The notes: a model not told the origin generated them from the letters alone. Positions 19,089 through 28,821 are shown, counted from the first letter of the stretch. The stretch is DNA of 29,183 bases from Promethearchaeota archaeon (GCA_048940645.1 JBHLOI010000044.1:1-29183); one strand, 5' to 3'. Program-made: numbers and translations.

Positions 19089-19164
19089 GGGCCCGTGGTC
19101 TAGTGGTTATGACGTCGCGCTTACACCGCGAAGGTCCGGAGTTCAATCCTCCGCGGGCCCACCA
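19089..19164 (+). tRNA. tRNA-Val(TAC), intronless, followed by CCA
   Basis: GGGCCCG/CGGGCCC, TCGCG-CT-TAC-AC-CGCGA, CGGAG-TTCAATC-CTCCG, ACCA end, then a T-run. Confidence 0.95.
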
Positions 19165-19171
19165 TTCTTTT

Positions 19172-19972
19172 TTAATTATTTATTAATTTTTTAATATTTT
19201 TTGGTCGTATAGCGCTTAATTTGCAATTTTTTAAATTTTTCCCAATATCAGCAATAATACCAGGAGCCGAAGTATTATCTTTTAAAATTATTATATTTTC
19301 TAAAAATCCGTATCTATCTATTGATACAATATCACGAAGATGACCTTTTCTTATCAAAGCTTTTTTAACTTGCCCTTTAGTTTCACCACTTACAAAAACA
19401 GCTTCAATATTCTCATTTAAAATCTTTTTATAGAAATTTAAGGTTTTATAACTTATTTTACCTTGAATTTGTTTTTTGTCTCTTTCAACATGCGTGATTT
19501 CAATGTATAATGGAAAATTATTAATGAAATCAAAAGTTTTTATAATTTCTTTTAAAGATTTTTCTTTACTATTACATAATTGTTCTCTAAAAGTATGAAG
19601 GTTAATTAAAACGTCGATTTTGGGATTAAAAATCCCACAATCCACAAAAATTCCGAATCCAACCTTCCCCACATCTACCATAAATCCTTTATAGATATTG
19701 CCAACTGACACTTGATCAAATTGATAAATTGTTCCAAATTCTTTTTTTAATAAGTTATAAATGAATAATTCTTCTGGGCCAAATATTTCTACTTCAAATC
19801 TATTGTCAAAGCTTCTTAACTTCTTTATTTTCACTTTTGTGTTTGAAAAACCCTGTGTTTTCACATTTAAATATTTCAAATACCTTAAAAATATATTTTT
19901 TCTTCTTTCTTTTGATGTAATATTATAGATTTTATCATTAAGTACTAGTTTTTTGACCATGAATGATAACAA
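19172..19972 (-). CDS. DUF2110-like archaeal protein (S1/OB-like segment)
   Basis: YKGFMVDVGKVGFGIFVDCG, RKGHLRDIVSIDRYGFLE and APGIIADIG match my recollection of this family; start may be 19960. Confidence 0.7.
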   Translation of the reverse strand: MLSFMVKKLVLNDKIYNITSKERRKNIFLRYLKYLNVKTQGFSNTKVKIKKLRSFDNRFEVEIFGPEELFIYNLLKKEFGTIYQFDQVSVGNIYKGFMVDVGKVGFGIFVDCGIFNPKIDVLINLHTFREQLCNSKEKSLKEIIKTFDFINNFPLYIEITHVERDKKQIQGKISYKTLNFYKKILNENIEAVFVSGETKGQVKKALIRKGHLRDIVSIDRYGFLENIIILKDNTSAPGIIADIGKNLKNCKLSAIRPKNIKKLINN

Positions 19973-20128
19973 TATTTTAGATTTTAATTGAGATAAATTG
20001 CATAATAAATTGAATATAAAATATTTTACTTAGAAAAACAATCCAAATTTTGGTTCTAATAAGATTTAAATTTAAATAATTTATGTTAAATTACACTATA
20101 ATAAAAATTATTAAATTTGATATAAGTT

Positions 20129-20500
20129 ATGGATGAGCAAAGGTTTTATGGTTTAGTTACAGCTTTAAGGGAATATGAAGGAACTGAAGAAGTCTTCTTG
20201 TTAAGCCCTGGTGGTGATATACTCTTTAAATCTGAAAATTTTCCTTTAACAAATGAAGAAGCCAAAGGAATTCTTACTGCATGGAAAGAAAAAGAACCCG
20301 CTCTTATATTTCAGAATTACAGGTTTGCAATTTTAAAAAATGATGAAATTCAATTAGCAGCGAAAAATGTCACTGGTGGTAAAGGGAATATTGTTGGGTC
20401 AATTACAAAAGAAGGAGAATATCTTGTTGCCCACACTAGAGATGAGGGAATGATCTTAATAGAATGGTCAATTTTCATTAACAAAGTTGCATGGAGTTAA
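20129..20500 (+). CDS. Profilin-like protein (Asgard type)
   Basis: 123 aa; LLSPGGDILFKSENF, LIFQNYRFAILKN and AAKNVTGGKGNIV resemble recalled Loki profilin segments. Confidence 0.7.
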   Translation: MDEQRFYGLVTALREYEGTEEVFLLSPGGDILFKSENFPLTNEEAKGILTAWKEKEPALIFQNYRFAILKNDEIQLAAKNVTGGKGNIVGSITKEGEYLVAHTRDEGMILIEWSIFINKVAWS

Positions 20501-20667
20501 AATATTTTCTCTTTTAAAATTATCTAAATCATAGCATATTGAATAAGTATTGTCTTTTTTTTAAAAAATTAAAAAAAAATATAAATTGAATTATTTATTA
20601 CTTCAATTTAATTAGTAAAAAAATAATGTAAATAAATCTTAATAAAAAAATATAAAAGGAGATCATC

Positions 20668-21393
20668 ATGTTCCAGCAAGCAGGAAGAGGGTATGATATG
20701 GCAATAACTCAATTCTCACCTGAAGGGCGTCTATTTCAAGTGGAATATGCAATAGAAGCGGTTCGTAGGGGTACAACCGCAATTGTCTGTAGAAATAAAC
20801 AATCTGTTGTATTTGCTGTGGAAAAAAAAAGTTCTGAGTTACAAGAAGTCTTAGGCTCAGAAAAAATATTTAAAATTGATAATCACATTGGAGTAGCTAT
20901 TGCTGGACTTACAGCAGATGCTCGTGTTTTGGTAGATAGAGCTAGAGTACAAGCTCAAGTAAATCTTTTAAATTATGATGAAATAATCTCAGTGAAGGAT
21001 TCTACTTTAAATATTTGTGAATATCTACAATTATTTACTCAAAATGCGGGTGTTAGACCTTTTGGAGTGAGTCTCTTGATAGCTGGAATTGATTCCGATG
21101 GAAAAGCTTCCTTGTATCTAACAGACCCAAGTGGAGCTATGTGGGGATATAAAGCTTTTGCAATTGGTTCAGGAGCGTCTGAAGCAAGAGCTTACCTTGA
21201 AGAACATTATAAAGAAGATATTAATGATGAGGATTTGAAATTATTACCTTTAAGAACTCTAAAAGAATTAATGGGTGATAATTTAAATAAAAACACATGT
21301 GATGTAGCCTATATATTAAAAGATGAAAAAAAATTTAAATTATTGAATTTGGAAGAAAGGGAAGAATTATTAAATAAATTACAAAGTTCTTAA
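20668..21393 (+). CDS. psmA: Proteasome subunit alpha
   Basis: GYDMAITQFSPEGRLFQVEYAIEAV, GLTADAR, RPFGVS, TDPSG. Confidence 0.97.
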   Translation: MFQQAGRGYDMAITQFSPEGRLFQVEYAIEAVRRGTTAIVCRNKQSVVFAVEKKSSELQEVLGSEKIFKIDNHIGVAIAGLTADARVLVDRARVQAQVNLLNYDEIISVKDSTLNICEYLQLFTQNAGVRPFGVSLLIAGIDSDGKASLYLTDPSGAMWGYKAFAIGSGASEARAYLEEHYKEDINDEDLKLLPLRTLKELMGDNLNKNTCDVAYILKDEKKFKLLNLEEREELLNKLQSS

Positions 21394-21513
21394 AGATATT
21401 TTAAAAAGTTCAGGGTTACCCCAATAACATTTATCTTATAATTGAAGGATAATATAAAGGGAAAAAGACGAAATAGCAGGTTTTTCGACATCTAGAAGGG
21501 TTGTTATTATTAT

Positions 21514-22305
21514 ATGATAGATAGAGCAAGAATAGACTTAGGAGATTACATTGTGGGGCGTATTGAAAAAGAGGGCAGAGTGTTTGAGATGTTATTAGAC
21601 CCCCATCAAGCATGGGAAGCTAAAAAAATAATACGAGATGAAATTAGTAAACGCTTTAAAGAAGGAAGCGAAAAGTCTCGTTTAACTATTGAAGAGATCT
21701 TGAATAACCCTAAAATTTCAATAGATTTGATTTTTGAAAGTTTTACTGTATTTGAGGATTTAAGGCGTGGAAAAAAAGCTACTGATGGTGATATGGAAGT
21801 AATTTTTAACACCACAGATGGAAGAACTATAGCATGTCACGTTTTATTAGAAGGAGATATACAATGGACTAAAACTCAAAGAGAAGAAGAAAAAGAAAAG
21901 AAATTAAAAAAAATAATCGCGATTATTACAAAAAATGCAATAAATCCTCAAAATAAAAAGCCACATCCTTATCAAAGAATTGAAAAAGCAATTGAAGAGG
22001 CTAAAGTTAAAATTGATTTGATGAAAAATGCTGAGGAACAAGTTGATGACGTGGTTAAGAGCATAAGAGCTATAATACCAATTAGAATGGAACAAGTGGA
22101 AATGGCAATAAAAATTCCCTCAGCATTTACAGCAAAAGGTTATAATATCGTTGCTCAATTAGCTCATATTAAGAAGGAAGAGTGGCAATCGGATGGCTCT
22201 TGGGTTTCAGTTGTGAACTTACCTGCAGGATTACAAATGGAATTAATAGATAAATTAAATAAGTTAACTCATGGAAGAGTTCAAACTAAATTATTAAAAT
22301 CCTAA
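21514..22305 (+). CDS. Ribosome maturation factor SBDS/Sdo1
   Basis: FEMLLDP, INPQNKKPHPYQRIEKA, EEWQSDGSW, PAGLQ; conserved position after psmA. Confidence 0.93.
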   Translation: MIDRARIDLGDYIVGRIEKEGRVFEMLLDPHQAWEAKKIIRDEISKRFKEGSEKSRLTIEEILNNPKISIDLIFESFTVFEDLRRGKKATDGDMEVIFNTTDGRTIACHVLLEGDIQWTKTQREEEKEKKLKKIIAIITKNAINPQNKKPHPYQRIEKAIEEAKVKIDLMKNAEEQVDDVVKSIRAIIPIRMEQVEMAIKIPSAFTAKGYNIVAQLAHIKKEEWQSDGSWVSVVNLPAGLQMELIDKLNKLTHGRVQTKLLKS

Positions 22306-22397
22306 CCTCCTTAAACTTTTTGCTAATTTTTGTTTATGTTATTTTTTTATTGGTTAGGTAAGTTATAGAAACAACAAAATAAAAGTGAAAAATAAAA

Positions 22398-23171
22398 ATG
22401 GAAAATGATGAACTCGATTCAGACGAATTCGAAGATTTTGAAGATGAAGAGCTTACAAGAGATCTGGTTGTACCAGGAGAAATCTTAACAGAAGATATAG
22501 AAAATTTCCTTCCTGGAAGAGGCACAATTTTAAATGAGGAGAAAAATAAAATCATTTCTTTAAATATTGGGTTAAAGAAAATTACGAAGAATTATATAAA
22601 TGTTATTCCTCTTAGAGGTTTTTATACACCGCGACCTGGAGATAAAGTAATAGCTCTTATTGTAGATAAAAACCCAGTGAAATATAAATGTGATATCAAC
22701 GCAAAAGATTTTGCAATTTTAAAACCTAAAAATACATTTAAGAGGAGTAAGATTAAACATAGAGGCTCTGAGAGGGATATTGGAGATAATTCGACAGAAA
22801 AATATTCAATTGGAGATATTTTAATTACAAAAATTATTTCTGCTGATCGTCTAAATATGCCTGAATTAACTACAGTTGGTAAATATTTGGGAAAAAGATC
22901 AAATGGGATTGTTATATCAATAGATACCCCCAAAATTCCACGTGTGATAGGGCGAAGTGGTTCAATGATTAAATTATTAAAAAATTTGACTAAGTGTCAT
23001 ATTTTTGTTACACAAAATGGGCGCATTTGGTTAAAAGGAGAGGATCTTGCTCATGAAAAACTATTAATTGATGCAATAAAAAAAATTGAAAAGGAAGCTC
23101 ATACTGTGGGACTGACAGACAGGATGTCAGAATATATTGAAAATGAGAAAAAAAAAAGAGGTATAAATTAA
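22398..23171 (+). CDS. rrp4: Exosome RNA-binding subunit Rrp4
   Basis: VVPGE, YTPRPGDKVI (S1), IPRVIGRSGSMI (KH), QNGRIW, EAHTVGLTDR. Confidence 0.95.
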   Translation: MENDELDSDEFEDFEDEELTRDLVVPGEILTEDIENFLPGRGTILNEEKNKIISLNIGLKKITKNYINVIPLRGFYTPRPGDKVIALIVDKNPVKYKCDINAKDFAILKPKNTFKRSKIKHRGSERDIGDNSTEKYSIGDILITKIISADRLNMPELTTVGKYLGKRSNGIVISIDTPKIPRVIGRSGSMIKLLKNLTKCHIFVTQNGRIWLKGEDLAHEKLLIDAIKKIEKEAHTVGLTDRMSEYIENEKKKRGIN

Positions 23172-23939
23172 ATGACTTTATTAATAAAAGATGAATATCC
23201 AGAAAAACTATTTAGAGAAGATGGTAAAAGATTAGATGGTCGAGATCTTAAAGAATTAAGACCAATTAAACTGGAAGTTGGTGTAATTAATAATGCTGAT
23301 GGATCTGCTTATTTAGAATGGGGAAATAATAAAATTTTTGCGGCAGTATATGGCCCTAGAGAGGTTCATCCGCATCATTTAGCTAAACCGGATAAAGGTA
23401 TTTTAAGGGTATTCTATCGAATGTCTACTTTTTCTGTTTTTGAAAGAAAACGCCCTGCCCCTGGTCGTCGAGAAAAAGAAATATCTATGATAATAACTGA
23501 TTGCCTAGAACCTGTTCTCTTTCTTGAACTTTACCCAGGAACTAGCTTTGAGGTGTTTATTGATGTTATTGATGCTGATGGAGGTACGAGATGTGCGAGT
23601 ACTACTGTTGCTGCATTAGCTTTAGCAGATGCAGGGATTCCAATGAAAAGTTTAGTAACATCAGTAGCAGTAGGGAAAATTGATGGAAAATTAGTAGTTG
23701 ATTTATCGGGCGTCGAGGATAAAGCAGGAGAGGCTGATTTACCATGTGCAATAACTTGGTTTAATGAAGAAATCTCTTTATTACAGTTTGATGGTGATAT
23801 GGATCTAAATGAGCTCGATAGTTTCCTTAATTTGGCAAAGGATGCATTAAAAGAAATTTATGAAATGCAATTGAACGCATTAAAGAGTAAATACATTACT
23901 ATACAAGAAAAATATGATGGAGGTCAAGTTAAACAATGA
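23172..23939 (+). CDS. rrp41: Exosome exonuclease Rrp41
   Basis: RLDGR, ADGSAY, YGPRE, DADGGTRCAS, ALADAGIPM. Confidence 0.96.
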   Translation: MTLLIKDEYPEKLFREDGKRLDGRDLKELRPIKLEVGVINNADGSAYLEWGNNKIFAAVYGPREVHPHHLAKPDKGILRVFYRMSTFSVFERKRPAPGRREKEISMIITDCLEPVLFLELYPGTSFEVFIDVIDADGGTRCASTTVAALALADAGIPMKSLVTSVAVGKIDGKLVVDLSGVEDKAGEADLPCAITWFNEEISLLQFDGDMDLNELDSFLNLAKDALKEIYEMQLNALKSKYITIQEKYDGGQVKQ

Positions 23940-24763
23940 TGAATATAAGAAGAGTAATTTCTAAAATTGAAAGAAATTATATCATTAATAATTTAAAAAA
24001 TGAAGAGAGAATTGATGGTAGAGGCTTATGGGATTATCGAGAATGGAAAATAAAACATAATCTTGTTGCTTCTGCAGAAGGTTCTGCTGATGTATGTCTA
24101 GGAGATACAAGAGTAATAACTGGATTAAAGTATGAAGTTGGCGAACCATTTCCAGATGTTCCGGATGAAGGAGTTTGTACAGTAATGGCAGAATTATTAC
24201 CTTTAGCTTCACCATTGTTTGAAAGAGGTCCTCCCGATGAACAGTCTATTGAACTTGCTCGTGTAGTAGATAGAGGAATAAGACATGCAGATTGTATCCA
24301 AACGAAGAAATTATGTATAAAAGAGAATGAAGCTGTATATATTCTTTTTGTTGATATATATGTAATTAATTATTCAGGAAATTTAATTGATGCGGGGGGT
24401 ATAAGTGCATTAACAACTTTAATTTCAAGTCATATTCCTGAAGGTAAATGGGTGAATGATCATGTTGAATGGACTGGTGGCTATATAACTGGAGAAACCA
24501 TTGTAAAAGAACTTCCAATTGTTTTAACGTTTGGAAAAATTGGTGATATAATCTTTATAGATCCTAGTTTACCAGAAGAATTAATTTGTGATGGAAGAAT
24601 TTCAATTTCAGTCACCAAGGATAAAATTACTTCAATTCAAAAAAGTGGACCTGCTACATTTTCAATTGATGATATACAAATGTTAAACAAAAAAGCGATG
24701 GAATTAGGTAATGAATTAAGAAATAATCTAAATCTTTGGCAATATAAAGCGAGTATTGAATAA
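23936..24763 (+). CDS. rrp42: Exosome subunit Rrp42
   Basis: RIDGR, AEGSA, GPPDEQSIELARVVDRGIR, GNLIDA, IQKSG. Confidence 0.96.
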   Translation: MMNIRRVISKIERNYIINNLKNEERIDGRGLWDYREWKIKHNLVASAEGSADVCLGDTRVITGLKYEVGEPFPDVPDEGVCTVMAELLPLASPLFERGPPDEQSIELARVVDRGIRHADCIQTKKLCIKENEAVYILFVDIYVINYSGNLIDAGGISALTTLISSHIPEGKWVNDHVEWTGGYITGETIVKELPIVLTFGKIGDIIFIDPSLPEELICDGRISISVTKDKITSIQKSGPATFSIDDIQMLNKKAMELGNELRNNLNLWQYKASIE

Positions 24764-24819
24764 TTTCTTCTATTTTTTCTAATTTTATTTTATTTTATGT
24801 TTTTAATTTATATTTTTTT
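24764..24819 (+). terminator. Oligo-T-rich tract after rrp42, probable archaeal terminator
   Basis: Several T runs immediately after the stop codon. Confidence 0.4.
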
Positions 24820-25048
24820 CCTCCTAAGAGTTTCAAATGTACCGTAACCTTCTTAAATTCCATCTAATCCAGAAGTTCCAAATGATAGCACCAAGATTGA
24901 CTTATTCCATGGATCATCATTAAATAGCACTAGAATATTTCAGCTTTAAGGTCTCCTCTATTTAGCTTTATTGTTAAAATTAGAAAAATTTATAGTCAAT
25001 AGAATTTTTTATTTAAACACTAAAAATTAAAAATTGTTTGTGCTTACG

Positions 25049-25339
25049 ATGGGAAGAACTAAAAAAACTGGAATATCTGCGACTTTTGGGGCCCGTTATG
25101 GTTCGAATGTCCGGAAAAAGTGGAGATTAATAATGGAACTTCAAAAAAGTAAAAAACTTAAATGTCCACGTTGCGAGACAAAAGGTTCTACTCGAAGGGT
25201 CTCAACAGGAATATGGTATTGTAGAAAATGTGGAGCTCGATTTACTGGAGGAGCATATTTTGCACAAACACCTAGAGGAGCTGAATCCTTTAGGATTGCA
25301 AAGAGGAAACAGCGAGAATTAGAAGCAACTGAAGAATAA
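25049..25339 (+). CDS. rpl37ae: 50S ribosomal protein L37Ae (eL43)
   Basis: MGRTKK, FGARYG, CPRC...GIWYCRKCG, FTGGAY. Confidence 0.96.
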   Translation: MGRTKKTGISATFGARYGSNVRKKWRLIMELQKSKKLKCPRCETKGSTRRVSTGIWYCRKCGARFTGGAYFAQTPRGAESFRIAKRKQRELEATEE

Positions 25340-25605
25340 TGAGCAATATTAATTATTTTACTATTAAATCAACTATAGAATTTAATTTTAAAAATTCCCA
25401 TTTATGTGAAATTTCTTATAACTCATTCTTACCAGAATTAGATGAAAGAAAATCAAAAAGATCAAAAATATCAATGGAAAAAAAAGATAATTCTTTAATA
25501 TTTAACATTGAAAGCAAAGATATTACTGCTTTTAGAGCTACAATCAATGAAATCATAGGATTTGGTAAGATTATCGATAATAGTTTAAGGATTGCCCATA
25601 ATTAA
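25339..25605 (+). CDS. pcc1: KEOPS complex subunit Pcc1
   Basis: 88 aa; LPE...RSKI, IESKDITAFRATIN; conserved position before prefoldin beta. Confidence 0.85.
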   Translation: MSNINYFTIKSTIEFNFKNSHLCEISYNSFLPELDERKSKRSKISMEKKDNSLIFNIESKDITAFRATINEIIGFGKIIDNSLRIAHN

Positions 25606-25685
25606 TTGAAATCATATTGGATATTTCGTAAATTTCATATTATTATCTTCATTTTTACATTTTAAAAACCTAAGTGATATTGAAA

Positions 25686-26042
25686 ATGACACTTAATCTT
25701 GATAATCTTCCAGAGGAGACAAAAAAGAAAATTCAAGAATTAACTGCTTTAGGTCAAAATTTAGAATTTTTAACTCAACAAAAAATTCAAATCGACACCT
25801 CCTTAAGGGAGACGGAACTTGCAATAGAAGAACTAACAAAAGTTACTTCTGAAACTACTGTTTATAAAAATATTGGAGGGATTCTTGTAAAAGCTGATAG
25901 AAATAAATTGTTAGATGAGAAAAAATCGGATAAAACAACACTTGAAATGAGATCAAAGACCCTCGAACAAAAAACAGAAAGAATGCGAAAAAGCTTCGAG
26001 ACATTACAGAAATCTCTTCAAGCAGATCTTCAATATAAATAA
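25686..26042 (+). CDS. pfdB: Prefoldin beta subunit
   Basis: Coiled coils flanking VYKNIGGILVK. Confidence 0.92.
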   Translation: MTLNLDNLPEETKKKIQELTALGQNLEFLTQQKIQIDTSLRETELAIEELTKVTSETTVYKNIGGILVKADRNKLLDEKKSDKTTLEMRSKTLEQKTERMRKSFETLQKSLQADLQYK

Positions 26043-26058
26043 AAAGAAATAATTATCA

Positions 26059-27063
26059 ATGTTTCAATCTAGGATTAAATCTTTTATAAACCATTTAAAA
26101 GGTAAAAATATCTTAATTATTACACATTATCCAGCTGATCTCGATGGATTTGCGACTTCAATCGTCTTACAGTTTTTTTTTAGAAATCTTTTTAAAAACC
26201 AAGAAATATCACTTTATTTTTCTGAATTCTCCAAGCTTATAAAGAGTTTCTTATACAAATTTAAAAACAAATTCCCTAATTTCAATTTTAAATCTCTTAA
26301 TAATATCAATGTTTCAAATTTTGACATTATAATTATAGTTGACACAAATAATTTAGATCAAGTTAAATTTATTAAAGGCTTTAAAATAATCGACTCTAAT
26401 ATTCCTTTTATCTTTATTGATCATCATTTTAATTTAAATATTGAATATAATGGTAATTTAAAATCTTTAAATATAATTTTTGAGAATTATTCCTCGACAG
26501 CAGAAATTATTGTTGAACTTTTTAGAAGATTTAAAATAAGAATTCCCCGTCCTTATAAAGTATTACTAGCGAGTGCAATTTTAACTGATTCTGGATTTTT
26601 TAAATATGGAAATAATCAAACTATCCATAATATATCTAATTTAATCAAAGATGAAATTTCTTTCCAAGAGATATTGCCCTTGCTAAATTCAGAATCAGAT
26701 ATTTCTGAAAGAATTGCTAAAATAAAAGGCTTACAGAGGGTGGAATTATTAAGAATCGAAGACTGGCTCCTTGGAATAACACATGTAAGTAGTTTCAGTG
26801 GTTCAGTAGCATCAATGCTAATAAATATAGGATTTGATATAGGTATAGTTTGTTCACAGAAAAAGAAAGAAACTCTTATTAGTACAAGAGCTAAAAAAGA
26901 AGTGTGTCTTAAAACTGGATTACATTTAGGTAAAATTCTAAGTGAAATTAGTGAAGGTAGTGCTGGTGGACATGATGGAGCTGCTTCTTTGAATTGCTAT
27001 CTAGATTTAGAAGTTGTACTAAAGAAAGTAATCGATAAAATAAAAAAAGTTTTAATTATCTAA
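26059..27063 (+). CDS. DHH/DHHA1 family phosphoesterase
   Basis: THYPADLDG, IVDT, IDHH, ILTDSG, GGHDGAA. Confidence 0.9.
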   Translation: MFQSRIKSFINHLKGKNILIITHYPADLDGFATSIVLQFFFRNLFKNQEISLYFSEFSKLIKSFLYKFKNKFPNFNFKSLNNINVSNFDIIIIVDTNNLDQVKFIKGFKIIDSNIPFIFIDHHFNLNIEYNGNLKSLNIIFENYSSTAEIIVELFRRFKIRIPRPYKVLLASAILTDSGFFKYGNNQTIHNISNLIKDEISFQEILPLLNSESDISERIAKIKGLQRVELLRIEDWLLGITHVSSFSGSVASMLINIGFDIGIVCSQKKKETLISTRAKKEVCLKTGLHLGKILSEISEGSAGGHDGAASLNCYLDLEVVLKKVIDKIKKVLII

Positions 27064-27105
27064 TGTTCTTAATAAATCAAAAAGAAGTTTCATTACATTC
27101 CTATT

Positions 27106-27945
27106 ATGTGTTTAATTAAGTTTGAGGACTTCTATTTTCGCTATAAAGGAAATGAAGAATATGCTCTAAATAATATTAATTTAAAGATAGATCAAAATAA
27201 ATTTATTTTATTAGCTGGTGAAACAGGTTCGGGAAAAACTTCTTTAATTAGATGTATGAATGGATTAATACCTCAATTTTACGCAGGATATTATAAAGGA
27301 TTTGTAGAAATAGCAGGAAAAGATACTACAAAAACTCCTATAGCAGATTTATCTACTGAAGTGGGTATAGTCTTTCAAAATCCTGAAAATCAATTAATCG
27401 CAATGAATGTAGAGCACGAAATTGCTTTTGGAATGGAAAATCTGGGAATGGAAAGAGAAGTTATTAAAAAAAAATTGGAGTATGTTATAAGATTAACAGA
27501 AATTGAAAGAATTATTGAAAAAGCACCGTTTGAGATTAGCGGAGGAGAACAACAAAGAGTTGCTATCGCGTCGATTTTGGTATTAGATCCTAAAATTATT
27601 GTCTTAGATGAACCTACGGCTAATTTAGATCCATTATTTGCTCAAAAAATCATTATGCTCCTAAAGAAGATTCAAGAAGAAAATGAAATTACAGTCATAA
27701 TAAGTGAGCACAGGATGGATTTAGTCCTTCCTCTTGTTGATGAAATTATATTAATGAAAGAAGGGGAAATTATAGCACATAATAAAAAAGAAGACATCAT
27801 AAATGGTAAAGATTTTGAGAAATTAAAAATAAATAAGCCCCGTATCTATTCTATATTCAAATCTTTAAAGAGTGAAAACTTAATTCAAAAGAATATTCCT
27901 GTTTCTATTACTGAAGCGATTGAAACTTTAAAAAATTTAAAATAA
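27106..27945 (+). CDS. ecfA1: ECF transporter ATPase (EcfA1/CbiO)
   Basis: Walker A GETGSGKT, FQNPENQ, ISGGEQQR, LDEPT, SEH. Confidence 0.9.
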   Translation: MCLIKFEDFYFRYKGNEEYALNNINLKIDQNKFILLAGETGSGKTSLIRCMNGLIPQFYAGYYKGFVEIAGKDTTKTPIADLSTEVGIVFQNPENQLIAMNVEHEIAFGMENLGMEREVIKKKLEYVIRLTEIERIIEKAPFEISGGEQQRVAIASILVLDPKIIVLDEPTANLDPLFAQKIIMLLKKIQEENEITVIISEHRMDLVLPLVDEIILMKEGEIIAHNKKEDIINGKDFEKLKINKPRIYSIFKSLKSENLIQKNIPVSITEAIETLKNLK

Positions 27946-27948
27946 TAA

Positions 27949-28821
27949 TTGACGGTGACCATAATTACTTTCCCAATAATAACGATGAAAAATGTTAATT
28001 TTTTTTATCCGAATGGAACTCACGCTTTAAAAAATATCTCCTTAAATGTAGATAAAGGAGAATTTCTAGCGATTATGGGACAAAATGGAGCAGGAAAAAC
28101 AACACTTATAAGAACATTGAATGGTTTATTAAGACCATCAAAAGGTGTAATTTATCTTGAAGGTAAAGATATTTCCCTTAAAAGTGTTGCTACCCTCTCT
28201 AAAAGAGTAGGAATTATATTTCAAAACCCTATGCATCAATTATTTTCTAATACTATTGAGGATGAACTTAAATTTTCATTAAAAAATCTCGGATTAAATA
28301 AGGAAGAAATAACAGTAAATATTGATACCTTTCTTGAAAAGTTTAACCTCTCAAAATATCGAGACCGTTCACCTTTAAATTTATCTGGAGGTGAATCAAA
28401 GAAATTAGCAATTGCCTCAATAATATGTAGAGATCCAATAATTTTAGTATTTGATGAACCAACCCTAGGACAAGATGCTAAGGAGATCAAGTTTTTTATT
28501 GATTTAATTAACAATGAATTAACTAAAAATAAAACAATAGTAATAGTCACCCATAATGTTGAATTCACTATGGAATATGTACCTAGAACTGTCTTAATGG
28601 CCCAAGGGAAAATTATTGCCGATGGTCCAACGAAAGATGTGTTATCAAATAAAATTCTGCTCAAGGAATCATCATTAATAATGCCTCAGGTATATCTATT
28701 AAAAGATGAATTAAAGAATATTGGTTTTGACATTCCAGAAGAAATTTATAGAGAGTCTGATATGATTAATTTTCTCAGTTGCTATATAAAACAAATAATA
28801 CAAGATGAGGATAGCAATTAA
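27949..28821 (+). CDS. ecfA2: ECF transporter ATPase (EcfA2/CbiO)
   Basis: GQNGAGKTT, FQNP, LSGGESKK, FDEPTLGQD, VTH; start uncertain. Confidence 0.9.
   Translation: MTVTIITFPIITMKNVNFFYPNGTHALKNISLNVDKGEFLAIMGQNGAGKTTLIRTLNGLLRPSKGVIYLEGKDISLKSVATLSKRVGIIFQNPMHQLFSNTIEDELKFSLKNLGLNKEEITVNIDTFLEKFNLSKYRDRSPLNLSGGESKKLAIASIICRDPIILVFDEPTLGQDAKEIKFFIDLINNELTKNKTIVIVTHNVEFTMEYVPRTVLMAQGKIIADGPTKDVLSNKILLKESSLIMPQVYLLKDELKNIGFDIPEEIYRESDMINFLSCYIKQIIQDEDSN

Noticed and set aside
24881-24921. SECIS-like element
   Set aside because: No convincing GA quartet geometry, and no in-frame TGA selenoprotein candidate nearby.
704-28664. Short overlapping or antisense ORFs in the track (e.g. 704..889, 9973..10293, 22622..22933, 28236..28664)
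   Set aside because: They overlap well-supported genes and have no recognisable motifs.
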